In this document: positions 13,735-26,049 of the stretch, one piece after another
How the letters are laid out: each line of letters starts with the position of its first letter
How positions within the stretch are numbered: the first letter of the stretch is position 1
Assembly: GCA_963514005.1 (NCBI GenBank)
Contig: OY740794.1
Location: 13,764,001-13,828,000, forward strand
DNA length: 64,000 bases
Source of the DNA: Raja brachyura
Taxonomy: Eukaryota
Reading direction: 5' to 3'
Translations under genes and position numbers: made by a program
Notes under the pieces: model-generated
Told to the model about the DNA's origin: nothing
What the model saw: the letters and a program-made list of their open reading frames with translations, nothing else
Database searches by the model: none

Positions 13735-13985
13735 AGGAATCTGAGAGGTAACCTTTCTCACACAAAGGGTGGTGAGTATATGGAACAAGCTGCCAGAGGA
13801 GGTAGTTGAGGCAGGAAGTATCTCAACCTTTAAGAAATAGTTAGACAGGTACATGGGTAGGACAGGTTTGGAGGGATATGGACCGAATGCTGGCAGGTGG
13901 GACTAGAGTAGCTGGGACATGTTGGCCTGTGTGGGCAAGTTGGGCCAAAGGGCCTGTTTCCGCACTGTATCACTCTATGACTATA
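13735..13985 (+). mobile_element. CR1 LINE 3' fragment (third subfamily)
   Basis: CACACAAAGGGTGGTG...TGGAACAAGCTGCCAGAGGAGGTAG, similar to 35375-35597. Inserted in a Penelope-terminus remnant. Confidence 0.8.
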
Positions 13986-14747
13986 ACTCAATGAGTCAGG
14001 CAGCATCTGCTGAAGGAATAGACAGGCGACTTGTTGGGCTGGGATTGATTGTAAGGTTAACCTGCTTTGTATTGTAAACTGCCATTGTCAATGGTGCAAT
14101 GTATTATACCTACATGTATGTATAATAACAGACTGTGCCATTGTATACAATACTTAAGTATGATAAATAATGGAGAACCACACTAATTAAAATAACATGC
14201 TGCTGGAAATATTATGCCTGCATTTAATAGACAAGGTGCTGTTCTGATGGTTTTAATAAAAACACAGTGGGCTAATGGGTATGAAACTCTTACATGAAAT
14301 AAACAGTAAAATGAGGTGTGGCTTGTTATAAACCATCTGTATATTATTAGTAGTACAATCATTCCAGGTTTCATATTTCTACAATTAAAATAAATTAATG
14401 TATGGAGTTTAAAATGTATATATAAAACACAATTATCCATTGACCTACCTGGATTTGTATCCCTACGTAATTGTACAAAAATACACTGTGTAACTGGACC
14501 ACAATAATTCTAGCACACAATAAATAATGACTTGGTTTACTAGCCCTACATATAACAAACATATTGTGCTGCTGAGGATTCAGCACTGTAACATGAATTA
14601 ATGACAAACTGTTCCTTGACGTTCTTATATGCTACAAACAAAAACACACTATGCAATTTGGGTACAATAATCCAACAGGTCAAATCTGATATAACACTGT
14701 ATTAACATTTCTCAAAATGGGGCCAATGAACAGGGAAATCCATTTAC

Positions 14748-14835
14748 CTGTGGATGGAATAGGAAGCTGGGAGCAGGCTTCATGTACTTCTCTTTTAGTC
14801 CTTCAACTGGGTCAGCTAGTTTCCTTTTTTCCACT
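14748..14835 (-). CDS. MECOM: MECOM coding exon
   Basis: tcaaagtag|A GTG GAA AAA AGG ... CAT CCA CAG|gtaaat. [30 protein letters not shown]. 88 nt, phase 2 to 0. Confidence 0.95.
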
Positions 14836-15148
14836 CTACTTTGACAAAATTGTTCACAAAATTGATAAAATTAATCTTGGTTGGAGAAAGCACTGCAAAA
14901 ACTAAAAAGACAACTTTTTTTTTTCAATTTACGGCCCAAACGAACCAGTTAGTATCAGACAAATTTAATGTTTAATTCCGCCCAATATTTATGAATATTT
15001 GTTGCTCTTGGGATCCTTTTTGCGTCTCCATTGTAGACAATTTGTAGCCAATCATTCAGGTACGGTTACCTCCTATAAGTGGGAAACCTATCACAAACAC
15101 ACACACAAGACGATAAGATAACGTTAATTGCAGATGCAATTTTGGTAA

Positions 15149-15435
15149 GACACAGTGGCACAACGGTAGAGTTGCTGTCTTACAACGCCAAAGACCCGGG
15201 ATCGATCCTGACTACGAGTGCTGTTTGTACGTTCTCCCCGTGACCTGTGTGGGTTTCCCCCAGGTGCTCTGGTTTCTTGCCACATTCCAAAAACATGCAG
15301 GTTTGTAGGTTAATGAGCTTCAGTAAAGATTGTAAATTGTCCCTGGGGTGTAGGATAGTGCCAGTGCACGGGGATCGCTGGTTGGGATGGACTTGGTGGG
15401 TCGAAGAGCCTGTTTCAATGCTGTATCTCTAAACT
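15149..15435 (+). mobile_element. V-SINE (HE1-like)
   Basis: Same tripartite structure as other copies. Confidence 0.85.
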
Positions 15436-16003
15436 ACATTAAAGGTCCTTTTGGTTTAAACATGCCTGCACCATCAGAAGCAGAGAATAGTTTGATTTGT
15501 TGCTTGCTGCTATAGTATATAAGCAATATATAAAAATATAAATGTGGGAACAACCTATGTTTTAAAATGAGAAATTAAAAAATGTTTACAGCCACTCAAT
15601 CATAAACCAGTAAATCCTTAGGTATGCATCTCTTAAAATGAAAGCAAGATTGCAGGATGGCTTAACACGTATCAGTTTATGGGTAACTGAAGATGTGCAA
15701 TTTCATTAAATGATGGTAATAATATAATTTATCAAGTGTGGCTAGCTCCTATTACAGTTTACAGCATTTATTGTGTAAACCAGACAAAGCATAACATTAG
15801 GCAAAGCAGAGAACAGTTTCACTATGATATTCTTGTCAATAAGTTACAAGATGCGAATGCTGACAATTAAGATGGTGCATAGTTTTGAAGGACATAGTCG
15901 CCTTATATTACTTTGAGGTATATCACAACAATCCTCAATAGTTTTGTGCGTGTGCTTTTAATTCTAGATAAAATGCCACAGCAAAAGCAACATATTGTCT
16001 TAC

Positions 16004-17351
16004 CTGTATATAGGATCCATGAAGAAAGGGGTTGGTTTGGCATGTTGCAGTGAATGGTCAGAGCTCTTGGCTTGCTCGATACTGGAGCCCCTCCTCTCCC
16101 CAAACACATGGTTCTTTCGGGGCGCCACCAGAGTGCTTGCATTGGCCCGGCTTCTGCTGCTCATACTCAGGTCCAGTGGCTGCTCTTCACTTGCATGGTG
16201 AGGAGTCAGTGGCTTTAAGGACACGGGTGGCACTGGCTTCTCCTCCTTGCGTTTGGTTGTGAGGTCAAATGGTGACTCGGAATTTGCCCCCCTCAGCTTC
16301 TTCAGCTCACTGGGTGACTGGGGCTCTATTTTTAAGGGTACAGCGCTTAAGTCTCTATCGGGGAATGGATACATTGGTTGAGAGAATGCGGGGAAAAATT
16401 GAAAAGGGAACATGGATGGGTATGGCAAAGGCCCTACTTTTTTGTCTTGTATGCCGACAAGTCCAGTAGAACCAAAGTACTTCTCAGCAATGGAAGCAAT
16501 AGCCTTGATGGAGTCATTAACAGCTCCTGTCACCGCAATCTGTTCATCCAGTGGTGGGGAAAAATGCGAGTGGCTGGAAAATTCTCTCTTGTTGTTGTTG
16601 TTCGGAGGGACTACTTTCTGGGGGCTATTTGCTTTCTCCTCCGCAGCTTTGCCATTTTCTTTATTCTTCTCCTTGTCACTTTCAACGTCGCTCTCCAGGT
16701 CGGATCCGGAGGTTGTCTCCAAGTCGCTGCCGCTGGGGGTACTGACGTCATCCAGGTCACTGCTTTCTGACTGGTCACTGGTTTTACTCCGGGGCTTCTC
16801 TCCAGAAGTGGCAACCTCCAGTGGTCGATCCCCGTCCGAAGACGACTGCCGGTTGGCGGCCTTCAATGCGTCTGGTGTGCACGGCAGTGCCTGGGATGAT
16901 GACAGCATCTGGCTTTGGTGTTTGGTGCTCTGTTCTGATAAACCTTTCAACGGCGAGCTAGCAGGTATCAACTGAGGCCTGTGGTAAAGGCCTGAGGGAA
17001 ACAGGCCTGGGAAACTAAACGGAAAGCCCGGGGCTGCCGGGAAGGTTAGTCCAGCCCCGTGCCTGTTGGCACCAAAATAGTCAGCAAGGCCAGGGTTGCT
17101 GTGATTTAAGTTAACCAGACTGGACTTCTCCAGAGTGGGAGCATTCGTTAGGGCAATGCCTTGGCCAAATAAACCTCCCGTGGTGAAATGGTTCTTCCCC
17201 TCACAGAATCGTCTGTGCTTGTTCAACGACGAGGTTGTGCTGAACATCTGACCGCAGTCCTTGCATTTGATTTGCGTTCGGCAGTCCGCATGCATCCTTT
17301 TATGGCGGCACAGGTTTGAAAACTGCGTGTATGATTTGTGACAAACTTCAC
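16004..17351 (-). CDS. MECOM: MECOM large central exon (zinc fingers 6-7, acidic/Ser-rich region, CtBP-binding PFDLT and PLDLS)
   Basis: ccgcag|GT GAA GTT TGT CAC ... ATA TAC AG|gtaaga. The 462-aa ORF 16000..17388 contains [80 protein letters not shown] and PFFMDPIY. These fit MECOM better than PRDM16. 1348 nt, phase 1 to 2. Confidence 0.97.
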
Positions 17352-19985
17352 CTGCGGTTCGAGAAAACGGAAACATGTCAACCACCACGTACCTCTATGC
17401 CTGGAGCAGTGATCTAGCTCGGGCGACCCCTACACAAAGACTACCTGCAGGAGGTACGAGCAATTCAATGAAACATGTGTCAAAGGCCCCTCATCACCAT
17501 GACAGATCCGCCAAAATCTACACAAAGCAAAGTTCATCCCAAAAAGCAACATCGGGCACATAATTGAAACACATTGTTTTACTGAAGGCCATTACTGTAA
17601 CATGGATTTGCTCCTTTTATCTGCAGTGTTGGCCTCTAGTAATATTGCTGCACGATTAAAATGTTGGATGTGGGGCTCATGTAGGTGGAATAACTAGGAT
17701 TTGGGGCAAAAATATTGATTGTAATGGGTGTTATTTATGTGGGTTATACGTGAAGTTGTAAATGGAGAATGAAGCGTTTTTACTTCAAATATGTTGTGTC
17801 CGTATCAAGTCTATGAATGTCAGGTGCTGAAGAGGCAGATGAAGGGTAATCTGCATTAGCAATATGTAAGAAGGAACTACAGATGCTGGTTTACACAAAG
17901 TGCTGCAGTAACAGGCAGCGTCTCCGGAAAGAGGGAATGGGTGACGTTTCACGCTGAGGCATCTCGACCCGAAACATCACCCATTCCTTGTCTCCAGAGA
18001 TGCTGCCTGTCCCGCTGAGTTTCTCCAGCGTTAGCGATCTGTTTGATGGATTTTGCAGTCTTCAAGACAGATAAGTAGTTTACTTTAAAGGAATTCAAAT
18101 TAAAGCCAGTTTTATCCTCTAAATCTATACCCACTGGGAGCTGAACCAAAATAACAAATTTATTTCTGATAGACCTAAGAGCAAGCAAAAGATGACCAGG
18201 GTAATTGGGTTTAAAAAAAAAGACACATGCATTTACACAGCCTTAGGTCAACACAAAATGTAATGTAGAAATATGGCAACTATTTAGCACCAAGCATGCT
18301 CCCATAAACATCCATGTGATATTGTGCTGGTAATGTACATTAGCAATAAAGAATGAGATGTATAACTAAGTCAAGAAACTAGAGACACACCCTCTTCCCT
18401 ACAACACTGCAGTACTTTTCATATCCATCTAAGATGACAGTCAGAAAATCTGTTCAATGCCTCACTTAAAAGGTAGTGAAAATGCTGCCATGTACCATCG
18501 GGCTTTTGGAACCCTGTCCTTAAGTAGCAAGATCGCATCCACTGCACCACCTTAATTCCCCGCACCCCTAACCGCCGGACTTTAACCCGTTTCCAGTGTG
18601 TATCTTCAAAGATCAAGTTTTCTGTTAGGAATTGACTAGGAACTCCCTTTTCACTCAGTATAAGCCGTATTCATATGCATCAGCAGTGACATAGCTGTAT
18701 CATTGCAGTAGCGAACTATATGCAGTCTGGTCTGTTGGAGTCACTTATTGGTATTCTTGTGCCGATCCCGTTTGGGTTGAATACATCAGCATGGAGGTTA
18801 TTAAATCTAACAGTACGATTGAGATTTCAATTAATGGTTAAGAGGGATATGGACCTAACCTGGGCAAATGAGACTAGCTTATGGCACCTTGGTCAGCATG
18901 GATGAGTTGGTCCGAAGGGCCTCTTTCCATGCTGTATGGCTCTATTGCTGAACCTAGGGATTGCAGATGCTGGAATATGGATCTAAAAACAAACTGCTGG
19001 AGGAACTCAGCAGGTCAGGTAGCATCTGTGGAGGGAATGTAGTCTTGAAGAAGAGTCCTGTCCCGAAGCTTAGTCTGTCCTTTCCCTTCACTGATGCTGT
19101 TTGACCCGCTGTGTTTCTCCAGCAGTTTGTTTTCACCTAATGCCGTTGCCCAAGAAAAGTTATATATAAGGCGATGACTGTGAATGCATGTGAAACTGAC
19201 AAATTGGAACAGTTACAGCAGAACTTTGCTCTGAATTCCCATTATGCAGCAAAGCACAGTTTTTGAATGGAACCAGATGTTATTCTTCTCAGAATCCTGG
19301 AGCCTGCGATGGTATCTGGGATCTGCACTTGTTAATAATGAATTGTTGCTGTAGTCATACTCATCCTTTGCACATCAAAGAAGGAAAACAATGGGCATTG
19401 AGTGCTCTGAATCATTTGTCAACAACTTTTTTTTAACATTTGTAAAAGACTGACAAATTATCACAATACAATGATCCAGTTGCTATTTTAAGCAGAAAAG
19501 AAGGAAGCTGAATTGAATGTATCCCATCCTGCACTCTTAGTTCCCATGGTCCTACAATCACGTCCTTGATTTCCCCTCGTACTGTTCCTGAGGGTAACCT
19601 TCCTGCATGTGAATGTTTCTCTAACCTCAGCCATTCACATTAAGCACCGAACGATAAATAGAAAACACTGAAGTGCTTTAATGATGCCAATGCTACACCA
19701 AAATATGTTGCAACATGTTATGTACCTTCAATTAAAGCTTTACTTCCTATCTGCTGATAGCTATTGCAGGGAAATCTATTAATAAACAATTCCGTTATGT
19801 AACCTTAATTTCCCTTTGGCTTGCTGTTTATTCAAGCTAAATACCCACACGATTTGCAAAGTTCATCAACAGGGAAAAGCTGATTTCAGCAAAGGTAAGC
19901 TGATAATTTAAAAGATTATACATAGCTTATAATGTGAGAAACCACACCATTAGGTGCGACTGAAACCAGGGTTGTCATAACTTGA

Positions 19986-20085
19986 AGAAGTCTGAAGAAG
20001 GGTCTCGACCCGAAACGTCACCTATCTCCTTTGCTCCTTAGATGCTGCTGCACCCGCTGAGTTTCTCCAGCTTTTTGTGTAACCC
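19986..20085 (+). mobile_element. 100-bp Penelope-terminus mini-insertion with hammerhead motif
   Basis: 14-bp TSD TTGTCATAACTTGA (19972-19985, 20086-20099). The body matches the 3' terminus of the Penelope-like element. Confidence 0.85.
19988..20023 (+). ncRNA. Putative minimal type I hammerhead ribozyme motif
   Basis: CTGAAGA-A-GGGT(CTCG)ACCC-GAAAC-GTC. It has the CUGANGA and GAAA boxes, stem II, a palindromic ACGT in place of stem III and a GUC site. Stem I is weak. Confidence 0.65.
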
Positions 20086-21954
20086 TTGTCATAACTTGAG
20101 TTTTTTTTAATGCACGCTTGATGCTTTAAATTCAAAATAAATCGTATGCATCCAGCACTAATATTTTCTTTTAGAAATTATTTTAAATAGAATATTAATG
20201 CTACTTGCATACAATATAATACTGCCTGCCCCACTGAGTTACTCCAGCATTTCGTGCCTTTCTTTGGTGTAAACCAGCATCTGCAGTTCCTTCCTACACA
20301 ATATATTGATTTGCTGTGAATGGGGAACATTCTGCCCCTTCCTCTCGTCCAACTTTCTCTCCCCCGACAGCAAACAGTCCGAAGAAGGATACTGACCCAA
20401 AACGTCACATATCAATGCTCTCCAGGAGATGCTGCCGGACCTGTTGAGTTACTCCAGCACTTTCTGACCTATTTGGGGAAAGCTCCCACCTTTGATGGAA
20501 AGTTAGATGTCTATTTTGTGCATTTATCTAGCATTTAAAGTGCAGCTGCAACTTTCAGTTCAAAATAATTTTATCTCACAGGTTTATTGTAAACATGAAG
20601 AGATTATACAAACTTTAATGTAACTTTGCAGGTTCCAATAGATATAATATTCTATTTTATGAGGTGCAACATTTTGATCCACAGATCAGCTGTGATGCTG
20701 TTGAAAGGCTGATCTAAGGATGTGTGTGTTGTGGCTCCAGGTACTGGATAGCCCCTGCCTGTTCCTAATACCCTTGTTTCTTCTACAGTCTTGACTAGCA
20801 ATGTATTTAACATCAAAAGACGGACACAGATCAATTGTTTAATACACTTTCATGGGTGATGCTTGTTTTTGGTCTGCCCATGAGACTTAATTACATCATA
20901 TAGCCATACAGCACAGAACAGGCCCTTCGGCCCAAATCGTCCATGCCGACCAAGATGCCCCATCTAAACAACTCCAATTTGCCCACTTTTGGTCCATATC
21001 CTTCAAGGTCGTGCAGTAGTTCAGCTATACCATCTGCCCTGATGTGGATACATCAATGCCAATCAGCAGAGTACAGAGGGCAGGTGTTGCCAGCAATGTT
21101 CAGGACAATCAATTGAGCTTCACCAGGCATAAGAATTAGATGATACAATCCATTTACAGTGAAGGTTCATGCTACATTGACCTAATACTTTTCACTCCAT
21201 CTTATGGTGGTTTGCTGAGCACACCCCACCATTTCTTCAAGGCTTCTGCACTCCGATGTATTTCTAACCATGATATGCTTGCATAGGTCAAGTTTTGATC
21301 TTGTTGACATCAATGGACTTAGAAGAGGTAATAATTTCCACTTTCAAAATACATCAAGACAGATCTCTGGCTAGGAAGGGTTTAGAGGGCTATGAATCAA
21401 AGGCAGGCAAATGGGACTCGTCCAGAATGCCGACTTGGTCAGCCTGGTCAATATGAGCTAAAGGGCTCTTTTGAAAAATTAAGTTAATTAACAATTAAAA
21501 GAAAGTTTGGCCAGAGGGCTTGTTTATTTCAAACTTGCTTACTTTCTCAGAGTATATAGTATAACAGAGGCAGGGATAAAGATGACCAAACTAATTATCT
21601 AACCTCCAACCACATTTGCTTAATGTCACTCACAGATATTTAGAAAAATAATTGTTCTAAATAAAAATACGTATATTAGTGTTAACGTGGTTTTAGCTCT
21701 TTAGAAAAAAAGGCCATTGACTATAAGCAATTGAAGAAGTTTGTTCCGGTCCTTATCCATATCTGGCATTAATTATGATTTTTACCTCAGCATTTTTCAC
21801 CTGACCCCATATTAATTGATATTCTAAAGTTTACAGATTGCAGCCTTGAATAAAATCTGCACTGAGCCTGCTAACGCCTCTTTGCTTACAATGGCTCTCT
21901 ACTCTCTGGGCAAAGAAATGTATTCTCATCTCAGTCACAGTATGTATAACTGAG

Positions 21955-22250
21955 GGCAGCACAGTGACACAGTAGTAGAGGAGCTGGCTTACAGCGCCAG
22001 AGACCTGGGCGAGATCCTGACTACCGGTGCACGGAGTTTAAACGTTCACCCTCTGACCATGCGGGGTGTTACCGGTTGCTCTGGTTTCTTCCCAAATTCC
22101 AAAGCCGTACAGGTTTGTGGGTTAATTTGGCTTCTATAATTGTAAACTGTCCGTAGTGTCCAGGATAGTGGTAGTGTATGGGGTGATCACTAGCCGGCAT
22201 GAACTCAGTGCACCGTACCCCCTGTTTCTGTACAGTATCCCTAAACTCTA
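21955..22250 (+). mobile_element. V-SINE (HE1-like)
   Basis: Same tripartite structure as other copies. Confidence 0.82.
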
Positions 22251-23354
22251 AGGACTGAACCCTAATTCTAGATGCCTACCAGGGGAATCATCGCCCCGAT
22301 ATTTATCCCGTCAAAACCCTATTTGGGAATACATTTTTAAAACATTGACTGGGGATGAAACTGGGCTTCATTCACCCGCTATAGAAACCTTGCCGATCTA
22401 ACTTCTGTCAAATTATTAAGGGAAATAATGATTACTCATCTTCCCCAGTTTGCAAATGCCATCTTGTCTTCGATTTTACACACAAAAGGGAATCAACACA
22501 CTGTGATGGCACTAATTCTTGTTGATGCCCTGTGCTGGCTCACACATGCAACGTTGGAATAAATGGAGACAACCATTTAACAGGTTTGTTGTGAGCAGTC
22601 AATGATAAATTACATTTAATACCGGTTTCCTCAGACTTCAGACTTCAGAGTAAAGTCTGGAATCTGAAGAAGTGTCCTGACGTGAAATGTCATCTGTCCA
22701 TTTCCCTCCACAGACGCTGCCTGCCACACTGAGTTTCTTATTTCCTAGAGGAAGCAGTTAGCTGACTGCTCTGATCTCCTTGTGTTTTGGAGGGAACATT
22801 AACCACTGAGCCTGCTCGAGATATCTCCATGAACTTCTGCGTCCGATGATTCTGTCAGTCTGTGGAGGATGGTTGGACTCATATACAGTCCAGATTGGGA
22901 GTGGGGGGTGGGGAGCGTGGGTGGGGAGTAGTTGATGAACCAGTTGTGATATCGCGAGTTTGCACTAACAGCCAATAACTAAGCATATCTATCGGATGCA
23001 GTTCCCCCACTTGTCGCCTCTCTATATTGTCAGCCCAGCATTACAGTAGACTTTATTTCACTAGTTTATCTTGGAATAAAGTGATAACTCTTCTGGTTGA
23101 ATGTTCAATAATATCTTCTCTTTGCACTGACTACCTTGCTTTTTGGATCAATAATGCCATGCTTTTGTAAAATGTAAGTGGGATATAGTAAAACGTGCCA
23201 AGGTGCCTGAATGCTGAAGGATTCAGAGGATGTGGTGAACAGACAGCATAGTGGACTGAGTACAGGGTCACCAGGATGCTACTGAATGATAGAGCAGAGG
23301 CAAATGTCATATGATCTGCTCCTACATTAACTTCTTGTGTTCATTTGCCCCTTC

Positions 23355-23700
23355 ACAGTAGGGTAGCTGTTAGGGCCGCTGCCTCACAGCGCCAGAGACC
23401 CAGGTTCAATCCTGACCTTGGGTCCTGTCCGCGTGGAGATCACACTTTCGCCCTGTGGCTCCATAGGTTTCCTCTGGGTGCTCCGGTTTCCTCTCACCTC
23501 CCAAAGGTGTGTGCGTTGGGGGGTGAATTGGCCACTGTAAGTTTCCCCTAGTGTGGATATGAGTGGCAGAATCCAAGGGGAGCTGATAAAAATCTGGGGA
23601 GAATAAAAAATGGGATTATTGTAGGATTCATGTAAATGGGTGGTTGATGGTCAGAGTGGACTCAATGGGCCAAAGGGCCGATTTCTCTGCTGTCTGTCTG
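23355..23700 (+). mobile_element. V-SINE (HE1-like)
   Basis: Same tripartite structure, longer-tail subfamily. Confidence 0.82.
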
Positions 23701-24365
23701 TCTGTCTAACTCTTCAAATCCTAGCACAATTAGAGAAAGTACATCATGATAACTCCTGATTATACAAACCATAAATGATTTGTCAAAATTAATTGAATTA
23801 AAATATAATAATATAGCCAGGAATGAGCATACTTGCACTCCAAATGGCTGACATTAAAATCCTCTACCAGTTTTGATAACTTTTTCAATATTAGCACGAC
23901 AAGTTAGGAATTCACTAAAAGCACAATGGGTGTTCATAGAATAACATAAATGTTATCTTCGTTCTCATCTCCAAATAGGCATTCTTGAATTAAAAGTACG
24001 ATGCTTAGAAAATGTTCCTATTTATCACATAATGCACCAGAAACCTTCTCCACGATCAATTGAAACAAACCATTGTGAAACCATTGTGCCGATCAACACA
24101 TTATAGAAAATATATCTGCAGAAATGATTTACCTCCCCTCTATTAACTCAGGAGTTCAAATGTCAGTTGATAATGCAGAACTGGAACCATGCTTTCAGAT
24201 GCAGTGCCCTTGATAGATGCATTTAATCAATTAAAGTTTGAAGCGCATTTAAAAACAAAATCTCTTTATAAAATGTATATGTCTCAAAAAACAATGGCAA
24301 ACAAAGAACTCTGCCGTTCTGATTAAGACCTACTAATATCTATACATATATTTTAATATATAGAG

Positions 24366-24995
24366 TGGCACAGTGGTGCAGCTGATAAAGTTGCTGCCTC
24401 ACAGTGCCAAAGACCTGGGTTCAATCCTGACCTAGGGTGGTGTTTGTGTGAATTTTGCACATGTTCTCCTTGTAACTGTATGGGATTTGTCCAGGTGCTC
24501 CAGTTTCCTCCCATATTCCAAAGACTTGCAGGTTTGTAAACATAGAAAATAGGTGCAAGAGTAGGCCATTCAGCCCTTCAAGCCAGCACTGCCTTTCAAT
24601 ATGATCATGGCTGAGCATTCAAAATTAGTACCCCGTTCCTGCTTTCTCTCCATATCCCTTGATTCTGTTAGCCCCAAGAATTATATCTAACTCGCTCTTG
24701 AAAACATCCAGTGAATTGGCCTTAACTCACATCTGTGGCAGAGAATTCCACAGATTCACAACTCTCTGGGTGAAAAGGTTTTTCCTCTACTCTCTGGGTG
24801 AAAACGTTTTTGCTCAACTCTCTGGGTGAAAACATTTTTGTTCAGTTAGGTGGTAGGTTAATTGGCCTCTGTAAAATTGCCCCTAGTGAGTAGGGAATTG
24901 ATGCGAAAGTGGGAAAACATAGAACTAGTGAGAATGGCTGATCGATAGTCAGAGTGGACTGCTGGGGCCGAAGGGCCTGTTTCTATGCTGTCTCA
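24366..24995 (+). mobile_element. V-SINE interrupted by an antisense CR1 3' fragment (about 24538-24850)
   Basis: The SINE breaks at GCAGGTTTGT and resumes at TAGGTTAATTGGCC. The insert is the reverse complement of the CR1 3' end. Confidence 0.8.
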
Positions 24996-25167
24996 TTCAC
25001 TCATTCCCTACTCACTAGGGGCAATTTTACAGAGGCCAATTAACCTACCACCTAACTGAACAAAAACGTTTCCACCCAGAGAGTTGAGCAAAAACGTTTT
25101 CACCCAGAGAGTAGAGGAAAAACCTTTTCACCCAGAGAGTTGTGAAACTGTGGAATTCTCTGCCACA
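24734..25167. repeat. 165-bp inverted duplication (24734-24898 / 25003-25167)
   Basis: The arms are reverse complements with about 3 mismatches and a 104-nt spacer. Confidence 0.92.
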
Positions 25168-25594
25168 ATCAAAAGTGATTTTTAAAATATTTTCGAAACA
25201 AAGGAAGAACAAAGTAGTTCTGAAGGTTGATTACTAACCTGGTACAGAATACAGCTATCTTTTTAAATTAGCACTGGGGCAGACTACAAGGTCAGATTCA
25301 AAGTGGGTACAATCTGCGCACAATTGTATAACTAGTCACCTATATGTACTTGGTACTAATATTGATATTGCTCACAACCAACACCCATTTTCTGCCTGCA
25401 CTCTCCCCAGAAAATACAATGGTCTGAGAGACATAAAAAAAGTAAAGATTCCAATTAAAAACACGATGACTGAAAGGATGGAATTCATACCTTCCCAACA
25501 TTGGAGAACTCGCTGTGCTAATTTACTGCTGTATTTCCTACTGTACAGCAATGGGCCCAATTCAAAAGAACTCCACGAGTTGTAAAGCGCTTTG

Positions 25595-25650
25595 GAGTCC
25601 ATGAATGGTGCTCGAGTCCATGAATGGTGCCCGAGTCCATGAATGGTGCT
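25595..25650 (+). repeat. 19-bp tandem repeat x3
   Basis: GAGTCCATGAATGGTGC(T/C)C units. Confidence 0.92.
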
Positions 25651-26049
25651 ATATAAAGCATCTATTTTTGTTCAATGAAAACTTCAATAAGCCAAAGGGA
25701 CCATGGTTGAAATAAATAATTTAATGCAAAGATCTTTCTGGGAGCAAGCTAAGCATGTCAATATATGTGTTTCATTTTATAACACACCTTGCTTCCTGTG
25801 ACCTAATGAAGGGTCTTCTACCTGAAACAGATTTCCACGCATGCTGCGCGACCCTATTTCTATTTCTAACACATTCTCCATTGGTGGCACAGACATGCAA
25901 CTGGTAGAGCTGAAGCTTGACAACTGTAGTGAACCAGGATCCAATTCTCATCATTATGTGGAGTTTGCACATTCTTCCCTGCATTGGTTTCTACACATCT
26001 TCCTGGTTTCCTAACACATCCCCAAGATACGAGGATCGGTAAGTTCATA

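Noticed and set aside
16378-16975. Plus-strand ORFs of 130 and 187 aa
   Set aside because: Antisense shadows of the large MECOM exon with no independent motifs.
24761-24845. CRISPR-like repeated 28-mers (also 25595-25650)
   Set aside because: Contiguous tandem units without unique spacers, in eukaryotic repeat DNA.
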